Numbered from the stretch's first letter, positions 20,578 to 29,012 are shown. The stretch is 64,000 nt of DNA from Winogradskyella sp. 3972H.M.0a.05 (GCF_040493455.1 NZ_JANFDA010000001.1:483283-547282), one strand, 5' to 3'. The notes: generated by a model from the sequence alone, not told the origin. Made by a program: numbers and translations.

Positions 20578-20928
20578 TTATGTTTCACGTTTTACAAGGG
20601 CATAATAATCGCCATCTAGCGGTAAATATCCTTGATCGTATACGAAGTAATAAATAGCTCCTGCTTTTGTAGTGTAAATGCTTGTAAAATAATTGAAATC
20701 AAAGCCATGTTCTATGAGCTTGCTTCTGGAAACTTTCTTTTTCTGATTTGGATTGAGAACCTCCAGTATGCGGTAGTTTTTTCGTAAGCGATTATTAGTA
20801 TTTCTAATGAGATTTTTACTGTCTTTATTGATGCGATTATTGTGAGTGTTTCGACAACCATCGCTGCAAAACTTTTTATCTATTCTGCCAACAATCTTAG
20901 TACCACACTCAGGACATTTTTTTTCCAT
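20578..20928 (-). CDS. zinc-ribbon domain hypothetical protein
   Basis: CPECG...CSDGC four-Cys ribbon at the N-terminus. Confidence 0.55.
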   Translation of the reverse strand: MEKKCPECGTKIVGRIDKKFCSDGCRNTHNNRINKDSKNLIRNTNNRLRKNYRILEVLNPNQKKKVSRSKLIEHGFDFNYFTSIYTTKAGAIYYFVYDQGYLPLDGDYYALVKRET

Positions 20929-21460
20929 AATTATCCTTATTTAATTCGTACCAGTTTACTTCTATATCCTCATAGAGAAACTTGTTTACAAACTGTAATC
21001 CAATCTTCTGTAAAACTATATTCGATGCAATGTTTTCTATTTCAGCGGCGCCATAAATAGTATCATATTGCATTACCTTAAAACCATAATCCATAGTTGC
21101 TATTGCTGACTCTGTTGCATAACCTTTGCCCCAATATCTAGGAATGAAACGATACCCTACATCAATAAAATTATCGAATCCGTTGAGTATTTCCTTTTCG
21201 CCTTGATTTAGTTTTAGTCCAGACCAACCTATGAATTCACCAGAAGATTTTTCTACAGCAGCAAAACGACCAATACCACGTTCTGTATACTGTTGTCTTA
21301 CAAAGCGTATGCCTTCAAGAGCTTGCTCCTTAGTACTTATAGGTTTATTGCCTAGGAATTTGTGCACTAATGGGTTTGAATCTAACTCAAACATTTCATT
21401 GATATCACTTTCTAATAGCTCTCTTAAAATTAACCGTTCAGTTTCTATAATAGTACTCAT
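20909..21460 (-). CDS. GNAT-family N-acetyltransferase (RimJ/RimL-like)
   Basis: Acetyl-CoA-binding segment RYWGKGYATES. Confidence 0.75.
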   Translation of the reverse strand: MSTIIETERLILRELLESDINEMFELDSNPLVHKFLGNKPISTKEQALEGIRFVRQQYTERGIGRFAAVEKSSGEFIGWSGLKLNQGEKEILNGFDNFIDVGYRFIPRYWGKGYATESAIATMDYGFKVMQYDTIYGAAEIENIASNIVLQKIGLQFVNKFLYEDIEVNWYELNKDNYGKKMS

Positions 21461-21988
21461 CTATTTATGTAGTATAGAAATGTAGGCCTCCCATGGACCA
21501 ACATCTTGTTTGTATTGCTTTGCCATGACTCTTGCAATTTGAGCAATGTGCCCAAGATCGTGTGTCACCCAAGTTGCTAATAGCTGGCCAAGTGTAACTT
21601 CACCAAGTTCTGGGTGGATAGCCTTTAAACTAAATTGAGATTCAGTAATATTTAATGCTTTTAGTTGTTCAAGGTTTTGTGACCGGAGTTCTGAAAACTC
21701 ACCCAGCAAATTGTGTAATGACTTGCCTTTAGAGTTTTCAAATTGTGCAAACCTATCGAACGGTTCAAAAGTATTATTATCCCCCTGTTTAAGTATAATG
21801 TCTAGGCGTTGCATCCAGTCTGTTTTTTCCCCATGAATAAGATGCCCAACAATATCGTAAGCATTCCAGGTTTCACTACCTTCATCACAAAAAATCCAGT
21901 CATCAGATAGATTGTATAGAAAAGCATGTAAGGTTTTTGGTGTCTGTTGCAAAACTTCAATGGCCTTCGATATAGTTAATTTCATCAT
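21461..21988 (-). CDS. DinB/YfiT-like putative metal-dependent hydrolase family protein
   Basis: Three conserved His: HAFLYNL near the N-terminus, VGHLIHGEKTD in the middle, VTHDLGHIAQI at the C-terminus. This is the DinB_2 superfamily pattern. Confidence 0.65.
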   Translation of the reverse strand: MMKLTISKAIEVLQQTPKTLHAFLYNLSDDWIFCDEGSETWNAYDIVGHLIHGEKTDWMQRLDIILKQGDNNTFEPFDRFAQFENSKGKSLHNLLGEFSELRSQNLEQLKALNITESQFSLKAIHPELGEVTLGQLLATWVTHDLGHIAQIARVMAKQYKQDVGPWEAYISILHK

Positions 21989-22150
21989 AATGTGAAGATA
22001 AAGATTATTCGTTTACAAACGAATTTAAATAGGTAACTACCGACTATTTTTTCAGTTGCGTTGCATCTTTGCCTTGTCGAAACATAAGAGCCTGATTACC
22101 GTTAGGACGTTTCGATAGTATTAACTGTTTAACCTTAAAATTTTAAAATT

Positions 22151-22477
22151 ATGAACACGCTAAGAAACAAAGTACAGTTGATTGGACATCTAGGACAAGA
22201 CCCAGAAATCATTAACTTAGATAATGGTAGAACACTAGCTAAATTCTCCATTGCTACCAATGAAAGCTACAAGAACGCAAATGGTGAAAAAGTAGAAAAC
22301 ACCTATTGGCACAATATAGTAGCTTGGGGAAAGACGGCAGAAATTGTAGAGAAATATTTAGCCAAAGGAAAAGAAGTAGCCGTAGAAGGAAAATTGACAA
22401 ATCGCACCTATGAAACCAAAGAAGGTGAGAAACGATACATCACAGAAGTAGTTTGCAACGAATTGTTGATGCTGTAA
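22151..22477 (+). CDS. ssb: single-stranded DNA-binding protein (short form without acidic tail)
   Basis: OB-fold SSB signature LIGHLGQDPE...NTYWHNIVAWGK; 108 aa. Confidence 0.85.
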   Translation: MNTLRNKVQLIGHLGQDPEIINLDNGRTLAKFSIATNESYKNANGEKVENTYWHNIVAWGKTAEIVEKYLAKGKEVAVEGKLTNRTYETKEGEKRYITEVVCNELLML

Positions 22478-22501
22478 ATCACTTCGATATTATATAACTA
22501 A

Positions 22502-22534
22502 AGAAGCCTGATTTTTCAGGCTTCTTATTTTTTC
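22502..22534 (+). terminator. Rho-independent terminator
   Basis: agaagcctg-atttttc-aggcttct hairpin plus T-run. Confidence 0.7.
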
Positions 22535-22601
22535 ATAACTTTATAAGACTCCTAAGCATAATTAATTCACACACGTTTATTAATCATAAAGATTACATGT
22601 T

Positions 22602-23270
22602 ATGCTGTCGGATACATTAAAAATTGCCTTTGGAGAACTTGGACAAAAAGAAATTCCCGGTTCAGATCACAACGAACGAATTTTAGAATACCAAGAAATG
22701 ACTGGCCTCAATTTTGGCACAGATGAAGTTGCCTGGTGCAGCATTTTTGCAAATTGGGTAGCATTGCAAGCCGATTTGCCGATGTCCAATAGTGCTATGG
22801 CACGTAGTTGGCTCAATGTTGGTCACAAAACGACTTGGCCTCAACCCGGTGATATTGTTGTGTTTTGGCGTAAGAAAAAAAATGGCCCTTTTGGTCATGT
22901 TGGTTTTTTTATTGGTTATACCAAAAGTGGTAAGTCTATCTATTGTTTGGGTGGTAATCAAAGTGATGAGGTAAATATTCAAACCTTTAATCTAGATAGG
23001 ATATTAGAGTTTAGAAGTTTAACCGATAATCTAGATGATTCACTAACCATACCAACAGGATATCTAAGAAAAGGCGATAGTAGCGAAAATGTAAAACTGC
23101 TTCAAAAGATTTTAATTCAGCTAAATTATCTCAGCGGAAGCACTGATGGCATTTTTGGTTTGCAAACAGAAAATGCACTAAAAGCATTTCAAGGAGATAA
23201 TCAAATCACTGTAGATGGTATTTACGGAAGTGAATCCAGAAATGTGATAGAGTCTATTTTTACGAGTTAG
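22602..23270 (+). CDS. TIGR02594-like putative peptidoglycan hydrolase with C-terminal PG-binding domain
   Basis: N-terminal conserved region (GELGQKEIPGSDHNERILEY...VAWCSIFANW). C-terminal PG_binding_1-like repeats (DGIFGLQTENALKAFQ). Confidence 0.55.
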   Translation: MLSDTLKIAFGELGQKEIPGSDHNERILEYQEMTGLNFGTDEVAWCSIFANWVALQADLPMSNSAMARSWLNVGHKTTWPQPGDIVVFWRKKKNGPFGHVGFFIGYTKSGKSIYCLGGNQSDEVNIQTFNLDRILEFRSLTDNLDDSLTIPTGYLRKGDSSENVKLLQKILIQLNYLSGSTDGIFGLQTENALKAFQGDNQITVDGIYGSESRNVIESIFTS

Positions 23271-23440
23271 GCAACTTTCTTTATAAGATCAAAACAAGGA
23301 CATTTTTTACAACGCTTGCTTTCAGACTTCTTATATTTTTTACAGCACTTAGACTTACACTTACCCAAGACCTCACAGCCATTGGCTTTTAAGGTAAGAA
23401 TACGTTCAGTTTTAAGTTGCTTGTCTTTCTTTTTGCCCAT
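23267..23440 (-). CDS. 58-aa Lys/Cys-rich small protein (not in the ORF track)
   Basis: ATG to TAA frame encoding MGKKKDKQLKTERILTLKANGCEVLGKCKSKCCKKYKKSESKRCKKCPCFDLIKKVA. Eight Cys arranged as pairs. Confidence 0.35.
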   Translation of the reverse strand: MGKKKDKQLKTERILTLKANGCEVLGKCKSKCCKKYKKSESKRCKKCPCFDLIKKVA

Positions 23441-23503
23441 TGAGGAAATTCAAAATCTGGGCAAAAATAGTTATTTTAATTGAATCTAAATAAAGTTTAA
23501 CAA

Positions 23504-24028
23504 TTATTCTGCTGCAGGATTGATTGCGGCAGAACTTACTACAGTGAGCTGCTGTATATCACGATCAAAAAGATATAATCCTCCCTTATCATCACCAATC
23601 ATGTTTATTTTATCTAGGATAGTCCTAGCCATTGCTTCTTCTTCGATTTGTTCAGAAACATACCATTGTAAGAAGTTATGTGTTGCATAGTCTTTTTCCT
23701 GAAGCGTAATATGAACCAGCTCATTGATACTTGCAGACACAAATGTTTCATGCTCTAATAACTTTTCAAACATCTCTTGAAACGAATTGAAAGTTACATT
23801 TGGAGCAGAAAGGTCAGATATATGAGCATGACCGCCTCTTTCGTTAACGAACTTTACTAATTTCAGCATATGATCACGTTCCTCATCAGATTGATCATAC
23901 ATAAAATTGGCAACACCTTCAAGACCTTTTACTTCGGCCCAAACTGCCATGGCTAGATATATTTGAGAAGACTCAGCTTCGATTCGTATTTGCTTATTAA
24001 GTGCAGATTCTATGGTTTTGGATAACAT
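23504..24028 (-). CDS. ftnA: non-haem ferritin
   Basis: Ferritin di-iron ligands (E...EXXH) in IRIEAESSQIYL and EERDHMLKL. Confidence 0.85.
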   Translation of the reverse strand: MLSKTIESALNKQIRIEAESSQIYLAMAVWAEVKGLEGVANFMYDQSDEERDHMLKLVKFVNERGGHAHISDLSAPNVTFNSFQEMFEKLLEHETFVSASINELVHITLQEKDYATHNFLQWYVSEQIEEEAMARTILDKINMIGDDKGGLYLFDRDIQQLTVVSSAAINPAAE

Positions 24029-24142
24029 ATTCTCGATTTTTAATCAAAAATACTGAATAAATGATAAAAATTATCTGGTCTTCCGCTATTTAGAATGACT
24101 TCTAATATGTGTTTATTATTTTTATATAAAAGCACAATAACA

Positions 24143-26728
24143 ATGTCGGTACAGCCAAAATTAGTAAGGTTCAATGAAAATGTTCTAGCGAAGTATCAGA
24201 TCTACAATAGCATCTTTATGACATTACCATTTTATGCTATTACAAAGACAGGCGTGTTGCTTCCATTGTTTCATGAAACATGTGAAAAAGGATTTGCAAG
24301 AGGTGATGATCCAACAACTATTGTTCAGACTTTTTTTGAAAAATATCAGGGAAGGCGAGATAAAGAGAGTCAAATAAAACTACTGTTCAGGTTTATACAA
24401 TACATCGAACGACAAGTCGTATTGTTTGATGCCATCGAAGACGCTGCATTTCCTGTTGTAAATAATATGGATGGTATTGGTACACTGAGAAACCTGAAAG
24501 AGAATGCCACCTCAGAGGGTAAATTAAATACCTTAATAAAATACCTCAATGAGTTTAAAGTAAGAATTGTGCTTACAGCACATCCAACCCAGTTTTATCC
24601 AGGCTCAGTGTTGGGTATTATAACAGACCTCACAGAAGCCATTAGGAAAAATGATCTTTTACTTATCAATGATCTTCTGGCTCAGCTTGGAAAAACACCG
24701 TTTTTCAAAAAGAAAAAACCAACGCCTTACGATGAAGCCATAAGTTTAATTTGGTACTTGGAACATGTGTTTTATAATTCCTTCGGAAAGATTTTCGATT
24801 ACATTCAACATAATATTTATGATGACATCGAGATGCCAAATGAAATTATCAATATAGGATTTTGGCCAGGAGGAGATAGAGATGGAAATCCTTTCGTAAC
24901 ACCAGACACAACCATTAAAGTTGCCTTGAAACTGAAGCAAGCTGTTTTAAGAAATTACTATAAAGACATTAGAAGACTAAAACGAAGGCTTACTTTCAGA
25001 GGTGTTGAAGAACATGTAATTGCTTTGGAGCAAAAACTCTATAATGCCAGCATTAGTCCAAATGCTAAAAGTGCAATTACCTTAGAAGAATTTACTTCTG
25101 TTCTAGAAAACATAAGATCCGTTGTTGTAGAGCAACATCAATCCCTGTATCTTAAAGACATTGATAGTGTAATTAATAAAACTAAACTCTTTGGGTTTAG
25201 GTTTGCTACCTTAGATATAAGACAAGATAGTAGAAAGCATGATGAGGTATTTCAGGATGTGGTAAAAACACTTCAAAAGAAAAAAACCAGAATATTTCCT
25301 GAGAATTTCACAAATCAAACACCAAAGCAACAAGTAAAAACACTTTCAAAAGTAAAAGGTAAGCTAGATATTAATTGGTTTAAAGACGAGTTCACTATCC
25401 GAACCTTAAAAACAATGCAAGCCATTAGAGAAATTCAAGAATCTAATGGAGAACAAGCAGCCAATCGTTACATTATAAGCAATAATCAAACAGCGGTAAA
25501 TGTAATGCAGCTTTATGCCATGTTAAAGCTTGTATCTTTTGAGGATGAAATGACTGTTGATATTGTTCCACTCTTTGAAACGGTACCAGACTTAGAAAAT
25601 GCAGCATCTGTAATGGAGGAGCTTTACTCTAATGTAGAATACCGTAAGCATCTGGAGCAAAGGGGAAATAAGCAAACCATAATGTTAGGGTTTAGTGATG
25701 GAACCAAAGATGGCGGATACCTTATGGCCAATTGGGCAATATTTAAAGCTAAGGAAGAACTCACCAAAGTGTCGAGAAAACATAAAATAGCTGTTGTATT
25801 TTTTGATGGCCGTGGTGGTCCACCAGCACGAGGCGGAGGCAAAACACATAACTTCTATGCATCACTTGGGCCAACGATTGAAGACAAAGAAGTACAACTC
25901 ACTATTCAAGGGCAAACGATTAGTTCAAACTTTGGAACCTTAGCGTCTTCTCAATACAATATGGAACAATTGATAAGTTCAGGTATTTTGAATCGATTGT
26001 CGGACACCAATCAAAAACTGTCCAGGTCAGATAAGTCCGTAATGAATAGTTTAGCGAAAATAAGTTATGAAACCTATACCAAGTTTAAGCAACACCCAAA
26101 TTTCTTGGGTTATTTAGAACGTATGAGTACCCTTAAGTACTATGCTAAAACCAATATTGGTAGTAGACCATCAAAACGAGGCACATCAAATGAGTTGGTG
26201 TTTTCAGACCTTAGAGCGATTCCTTTTGTGGGAAGCTGGAGTCAGTTAAAACAAAATGTTCCAGGGTTTTTTGGCGTAGGAACGGCTTTGGAATACTATG
26301 AAAAGAAAGGCGAGTTTAAAAAAGTAAAACAGCTTTATAAAAACTCAAGCTTTTTTAAAACACTAATCGAAAACAGTATGATGTCATTGAGCAAATCCTT
26401 TTTCGATCTCACCAAATACATGGCAGAAGATGGAGAGTTTGGTGGATTTTGGATGCTTATCTATGAAGAATACAAATTAAGCAAACAACTTATCCTTAAA
26501 CTAACAGGCTATAATGAACTCATGCAAGAAGAACCAGCAGGTAAAGCATCTATTGCTATAAGAGAATCTATTGTATTACCACTACTGACCATTCAACAAT
26601 TTGCATTAAAGAAAATCCAAGAACTTCAAAAACAAGAAAATATTGATGCAGAAGAGTTAGAAGTTTATGAAAAAATAGTGACTAGATCACTGTTTGGCAA
26701 CATTAATGCAAGTAGAAATTCGGCATAA
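24143..26728 (+). CDS. ppc: phosphoenolpyruvate carboxylase
   Basis: VLTAHPTQ and FDGRGGPPARGGG signature motifs. I moved the start to the internal ATG (MSVQPKL), because the 16 upstream residues do not look coding. Confidence 0.9.
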   Translation: MSVQPKLVRFNENVLAKYQIYNSIFMTLPFYAITKTGVLLPLFHETCEKGFARGDDPTTIVQTFFEKYQGRRDKESQIKLLFRFIQYIERQVVLFDAIEDAAFPVVNNMDGIGTLRNLKENATSEGKLNTLIKYLNEFKVRIVLTAHPTQFYPGSVLGIITDLTEAIRKNDLLLINDLLAQLGKTPFFKKKKPTPYDEAISLIWYLEHVFYNSFGKIFDYIQHNIYDDIEMPNEIINIGFWPGGDRDGNPFVTPDTTIKVALKLKQAVLRNYYKDIRRLKRRLTFRGVEEHVIALEQKLYNASISPNAKSAITLEEFTSVLENIRSVVVEQHQSLYLKDIDSVINKTKLFGFRFATLDIRQDSRKHDEVFQDVVKTLQKKKTRIFPENFTNQTPKQQVKTLSKVKGKLDINWFKDEFTIRTLKTMQAIREIQESNGEQAANRYIISNNQTAVNVMQLYAMLKLVSFEDEMTVDIVPLFETVPDLENAASVMEELYSNVEYRKHLEQRGNKQTIMLGFSDGTKDGGYLMANWAIFKAKEELTKVSRKHKIAVVFFDGRGGPPARGGGKTHNFYASLGPTIEDKEVQLTIQGQTISSNFGTLASSQYNMEQLISSGILNRLSDTNQKLSRSDKSVMNSLAKISYETYTKFKQHPNFLGYLERMSTLKYYAKTNIGSRPSKRGTSNELVFSDLRAIPFVGSWSQLKQNVPGFFGVGTALEYYEKKGEFKKVKQLYKNSSFFKTLIENSMMSLSKSFFDLTKYMAEDGEFGGFWMLIYEEYKLSKQLILKLTGYNELMQEEPAGKASIAIRESIVLPLLTIQQFALKKIQELQKQENIDAEELEVYEKIVTRSLFGNINASRNSA

Positions 26729-27362
26729 GGGAAAAATTAAATTTGGATTTCTAAAAAAAATAATAGCATATTTGTACCACAAATGATAAAAACAATAGTA
26801 CATAGAGCACCGATTTCGCTGAATTGCAAGCGAGATTACCAAGGAATGAGTGAATTATTCGCTTGGGAGAGGACGCTATGTGACTATTTTTAATCGTTTT
26901 TTGAGAATGAATTAAACCAAAAACTGAATATAGTTACAAGCGTCCAAGAAATTGGGCGCTTTTTTTATGAAAAAAATTGATAATATTTTGAAGATAAGTT
27001 TTAACATCTAAATAAAGGCACTTGAAAAGTAAGCAATTGGGAGACAGACTATTGCCAAATTACTTGAGAATCTGCGACTAAGCGGACAGGGATTCCTATG
27101 CTTGAAATTAAACATAATTAGTTGATAATCAATAAATTAAATTAAAATTTTTCTTGTGTAATTAAAATTTTCATTTCATATTTGCACCATCAAAAATTGA
27201 TAACAAAACAAGACGTGATAAAATATTTACAACATATGCCCCATACTCAATATGAGTTTTGCTCGCCGAAAATTTTTGGCGCAGTGAATAGTGAAGCCGA
27301 TTTAAAAATAACCGAAAGGGAGAAAAATAAATGTATATCAGTATAGGCATATATGATATATA

Positions 27363-27403
27363 AAAACAAAAGCATCTCCCAAAAAGAGATGCTTTTTTTA
27401 TGC
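27363..27403 (+). terminator. Rho-independent terminator in the ppc-to-tRNA intergenic region
   Basis: aagcatctc-ccaaaaa-gagatgctt hairpin followed by a T7 run. Confidence 0.6.
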
Positions 27404-27436
27404 GTGTTCTTTGACATTTTGAAAACCAAACATAAT

Positions 27437-27509
27437 TGACGTATAGCTTAGTCGGTAGAGCAGGGTGCTTTTAACACCAAGGTCGTGAGTTCGAATCTCG
27501 CTGCGTCAA
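27437..27509 (+). tRNA. tRNA-Lys (anticodon TTT)
   Basis: Manual cloverleaf: acceptor tgacgta/tgcgtca (U1:A72), D-arm gctt-agtcggtag-agc, anticodon loop cttttaa, T-arm cgtgagttcgaatctcgc. Confidence 0.8.
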
Positions 27510-27515
27510 CAAATT

Positions 27516-27588
27516 GGGGATATAGTTTACCAAGCCAAAACAGTGGGTTTGCAACTCGCAGTACGGAGTGTAAGTCTCCGTGTCTCCA
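27516..27588 (+). tRNA. degenerate tRNA-like gene (anticodon-position TGC, Ala-like); probable pseudogene
   Basis: Cloverleaf can be drawn (acceptor ggggata/tgtctcc, loop tttgcaa). The D-loop lacks GG, the T-loop is tgtaagt, and the anticodon stem has two G-U pairs. Confidence 0.4.
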
Positions 27589-27593
27589 CAAAA

Positions 27594-27665
27594 GATATTG
27601 TAGCTCAATGGTAGAGCAGGCGGCTGTTAACCGCCAGGTTGAAAGTTCGAGTCTTTCCAATATCG
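27594..27665 (+). tRNA. tRNA-Asn (GTT)
   Basis: Acceptor gatattg/caatatc, anticodon arm ggcgg-ctgttaa-ccgcc, T-arm ggttgaaagttcgagtcttt. Confidence 0.85.
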
Positions 27666-27668
27666 CTA

Positions 27669-27742
27669 GACAAGGTGGCTGAATGGTTAAAGCGGCAGTC
27701 TGCAAAACTGTTTTTTTATGAGTTCAAATCTCATCCTTGTCT
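27669..27742 (+). tRNA. tRNA-Cys (GCA)
   Basis: Acceptor gacaagg/ccttgtc, loop ctgcaaa, T-arm atgagttcaaatctcat. Unusual T6 run in the variable region. Confidence 0.75.
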
Positions 27743-27754
27743 CAAAAAAAATTA

Positions 27755-27897
27755 GGGAATGCGTCCAAGTTGGAGAGTGGAGCCAGTCTGACTAGAGCTT
27801 GCGACTGAGCGAAACCGATTTAAAACAATAGAAATGATTGAGTTAAAAACTGGTGCTTCGGTTGAATAGGTTCGAAATGCAGAGCATTCATGAGCAC
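27755..27897 (+). other. non-canonical tRNA-like gene A: type-II-like 5' part with an approximately 55-nt anticodon-loop insertion and the derived 3' module
   Basis: Acceptor-like gggaatg; D-stem tcc/gga with a 12-nt GG-containing loop. Anticodon stem ccagt (27783) pairs with actgg (27849) across 62 nt. The 3' end is aggttcgaaatgcagagcattcatgagcac. Confidence 0.4.
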
Positions 27898-27949
27898 AGC
27901 GATTCAAAAACTAAAATCAAGCGAACTAATCCTATGATTCCCACAACAA

Positions 27950-28021
27950 GCATCTATAGTGTAATTGGCAACATAGTAGATTTCCAATCTACAGTTTCGA
28001 GTTCGAGTCTCGGTAGGTGCT
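27950..28021 (+). tRNA. tRNA-Gly (TCC)
   Basis: Acceptor gcatcta/taggtgc, loop tttccaa, T-arm tcgagttcgagtctcgg. Confidence 0.85.
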
Positions 28022-28031
28022 CATAATACAC

Positions 28032-28103
28032 GCGCTTATGGTGTAATGGCTAGCATCTGAGTCTCCAAAACTTAGGGTTGAGGTTCAAGTCCTTATGGGC
28101 GCG
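28032..28103 (+). tRNA. tRNA-Trp (CCA)
   Basis: Acceptor gcgctta/tgggcgc, D-arm gtgt-aatggcta-gcat, loop ctccaaa, T-arm tgaggttcaagtcctta. Confidence 0.85.
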
Positions 28104-28110
28104 CAAATTA

Positions 28111-28240
28111 TATCTATGGTGTAATTGGATAGCACAAGAGATTTAGCTCACAGACTAATTATTATAAAATGTGGAGTTCCTGAATGCTTCGCATTTCTAA
28201 TCTCTAAGTCCGAGTTCGAAATGCTTTGCATTCATGAGTT
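28111..28240 (+). other. non-canonical tRNA-like gene B: tRNA 5' part with a 52-nt anticodon-loop insertion (possible mature loop tttctaa, Arg-TCT) and the derived 3' module
   Basis: D-arm gtgt-aattggata-gcac as in Trp/Gln. Anticodon stem agaga (28137) pairs with tctct (28201) across 59 nt. The 3' end is gagttcgaaatgctttgcattcatgagttc. Confidence 0.4.
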
Positions 28241-28292
28241 CTTATTTATCAAAATAATAATATGACGAACTAACCTTGGTAGATATACATCT

Positions 28293-28364
28293 GGTTCATT
28301 GGGGTAATGGATATCCTTCCCGACTGTCTCTCGGGAGATACGAGTTCGATTCTCGTATGAACCG
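28293..28364 (+). tRNA. tRNA-Asp (GTC)
   Basis: Acceptor ggttcat/atgaacc, loop ctgtctc, T-arm acgagttcgattctcgt. Confidence 0.85.
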
Positions 28365-28369
28365 CAACT

Positions 28370-28451
28370 GTGCTCTGTTACCATAAGATATGGTGCTGGG
28401 TTCTAAAAAGGGAAGTATAAGGGGCCATTTTCTTTACAGAGCACATTTTTT
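28370..28451 (+). terminator. terminator-like structured element: perfect 9-bp stem enclosing a 57-nt substructured loop, followed by a T6 run
   Basis: gtgctctgt...acagagcac then attttttaag. An internal hairpin ccata-aga-tatgg is present. Confidence 0.45.
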
Positions 28452-28466
28452 AAGAGATTATTCAAT

Positions 28467-28548
28467 GGAAGGGCAATTGGTGGTGGCCACAGTCTTGAAA
28501 ACTGTTCGGAGCTAACGACTCGTGTGGGTTCAACTCCCACCTCTTCCG
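28467..28548 (+). tRNA. tRNA-Ser (TGA), class II with variable arm
   Basis: Acceptor ggaaggg/ctcttcc, anticodon arm acagt-cttgaaa-actgt, variable arm about 18 nt, T-arm gtgggttcaactcccac. The D-arm is poorly defined. Confidence 0.65.
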
Positions 28549-28801
28549 CTACATGGAGGGTAGGCAAATACTGGTTCGTTGCGCTCGTTTGCTAAACAAG
28601 TCCGTGAGAAATCCGGTGAAGGTTCAAATGCGAAGCATTCACGAATACCTATTTATTGAATAAGTATTTAATGAGTAACTCCTTTATCCTCCGCAAATCT
28701 GGGAATAGAACAATTGGCTGTTTACTCGCTTTGGATGCGAGAGGTTGTAGAGCCTGTGCCGAACTAGATTCGGTATTCGAGTCCTACTTCTCAGACGAAA
28801 T

Positions 28802-28928
28802 GCTCCATTAGCATAGTGGTTTAGTGCATTCGGCTTTAACTCACTGACGCATATTTAGGAAATTGGTTTCGTTGAATTCGCAAACTCATTTCTACCGAAA
28901 GACAAGGGTTCGATTCCCTTATGGAGTA
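28802..28928 (+). tRNA. tRNA-like gene with a 54-nt insertion in the anticodon loop (mature loop could be ctttcta for Glu-TTC, or ctttaa-a for anticodon TTA)
   Basis: Acceptor gctccat/atggagt, D-arm gca-tagtggtttag-tgc. Anticodon stem ttcgg (28829) pairs with ccgaa (28895) across 61 nt. Normal T-arm aagggttcgattccctt. Confidence 0.5.
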
Positions 28929-28935
28929 CAAATTT

Positions 28936-29007
28936 TGAGGCATAGCTCAGTGGTAGAGCGTCACGCTTACATCGTGATTGTCATAGGTTCGATCCCTATT
29001 GCCTCAA
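28936..29007 (+). tRNA. tRNA-Val (TAC)
   Basis: Acceptor tgaggca/tgcctca (U1:A72), D-arm gctc-agtggtag-agcg, loop cttacat, T-arm ataggttcgatccctat. Confidence 0.85.
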
Positions 29008-29012
29008 CATAA

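Noticed and set aside
24095-24142. Upstream extension of ppc (MTSNMCLLFLYKSTIT)
   Set aside because: It is hydrophobic and non-conserved-looking; PEPC N-termini normally begin near the internal Met. I used 24143 as the start, but the longer form cannot be excluded.
27448-27705. Track ORFs overlapping the start of the tRNA array (85 aa minus strand, 65 aa plus strand); likewise 29950-30297, 30086-30319, 30678-30935 and 30715-30978
   Set aside because: They lie across well-folded tRNA genes or the structured RNA region. Overlapping opposite-strand ORFs, no start context and odd composition indicate chance frames in GC-rich RNA-coding DNA.
28549-28930. Considered tmRNA or RNase P RNA for the approximately 380-nt tRNA-poor stretch, and again for 29690-30831
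   Set aside because: There is no tmRNA tag ORF ending in ..LAA-stop and no tmRNA-type 5' end; full cloverleaf 5' halves are present instead. None of the RNase P conserved regions (GGAAAGTCCGGGCTCC, ACAGAACCCGGCTTA) are present.
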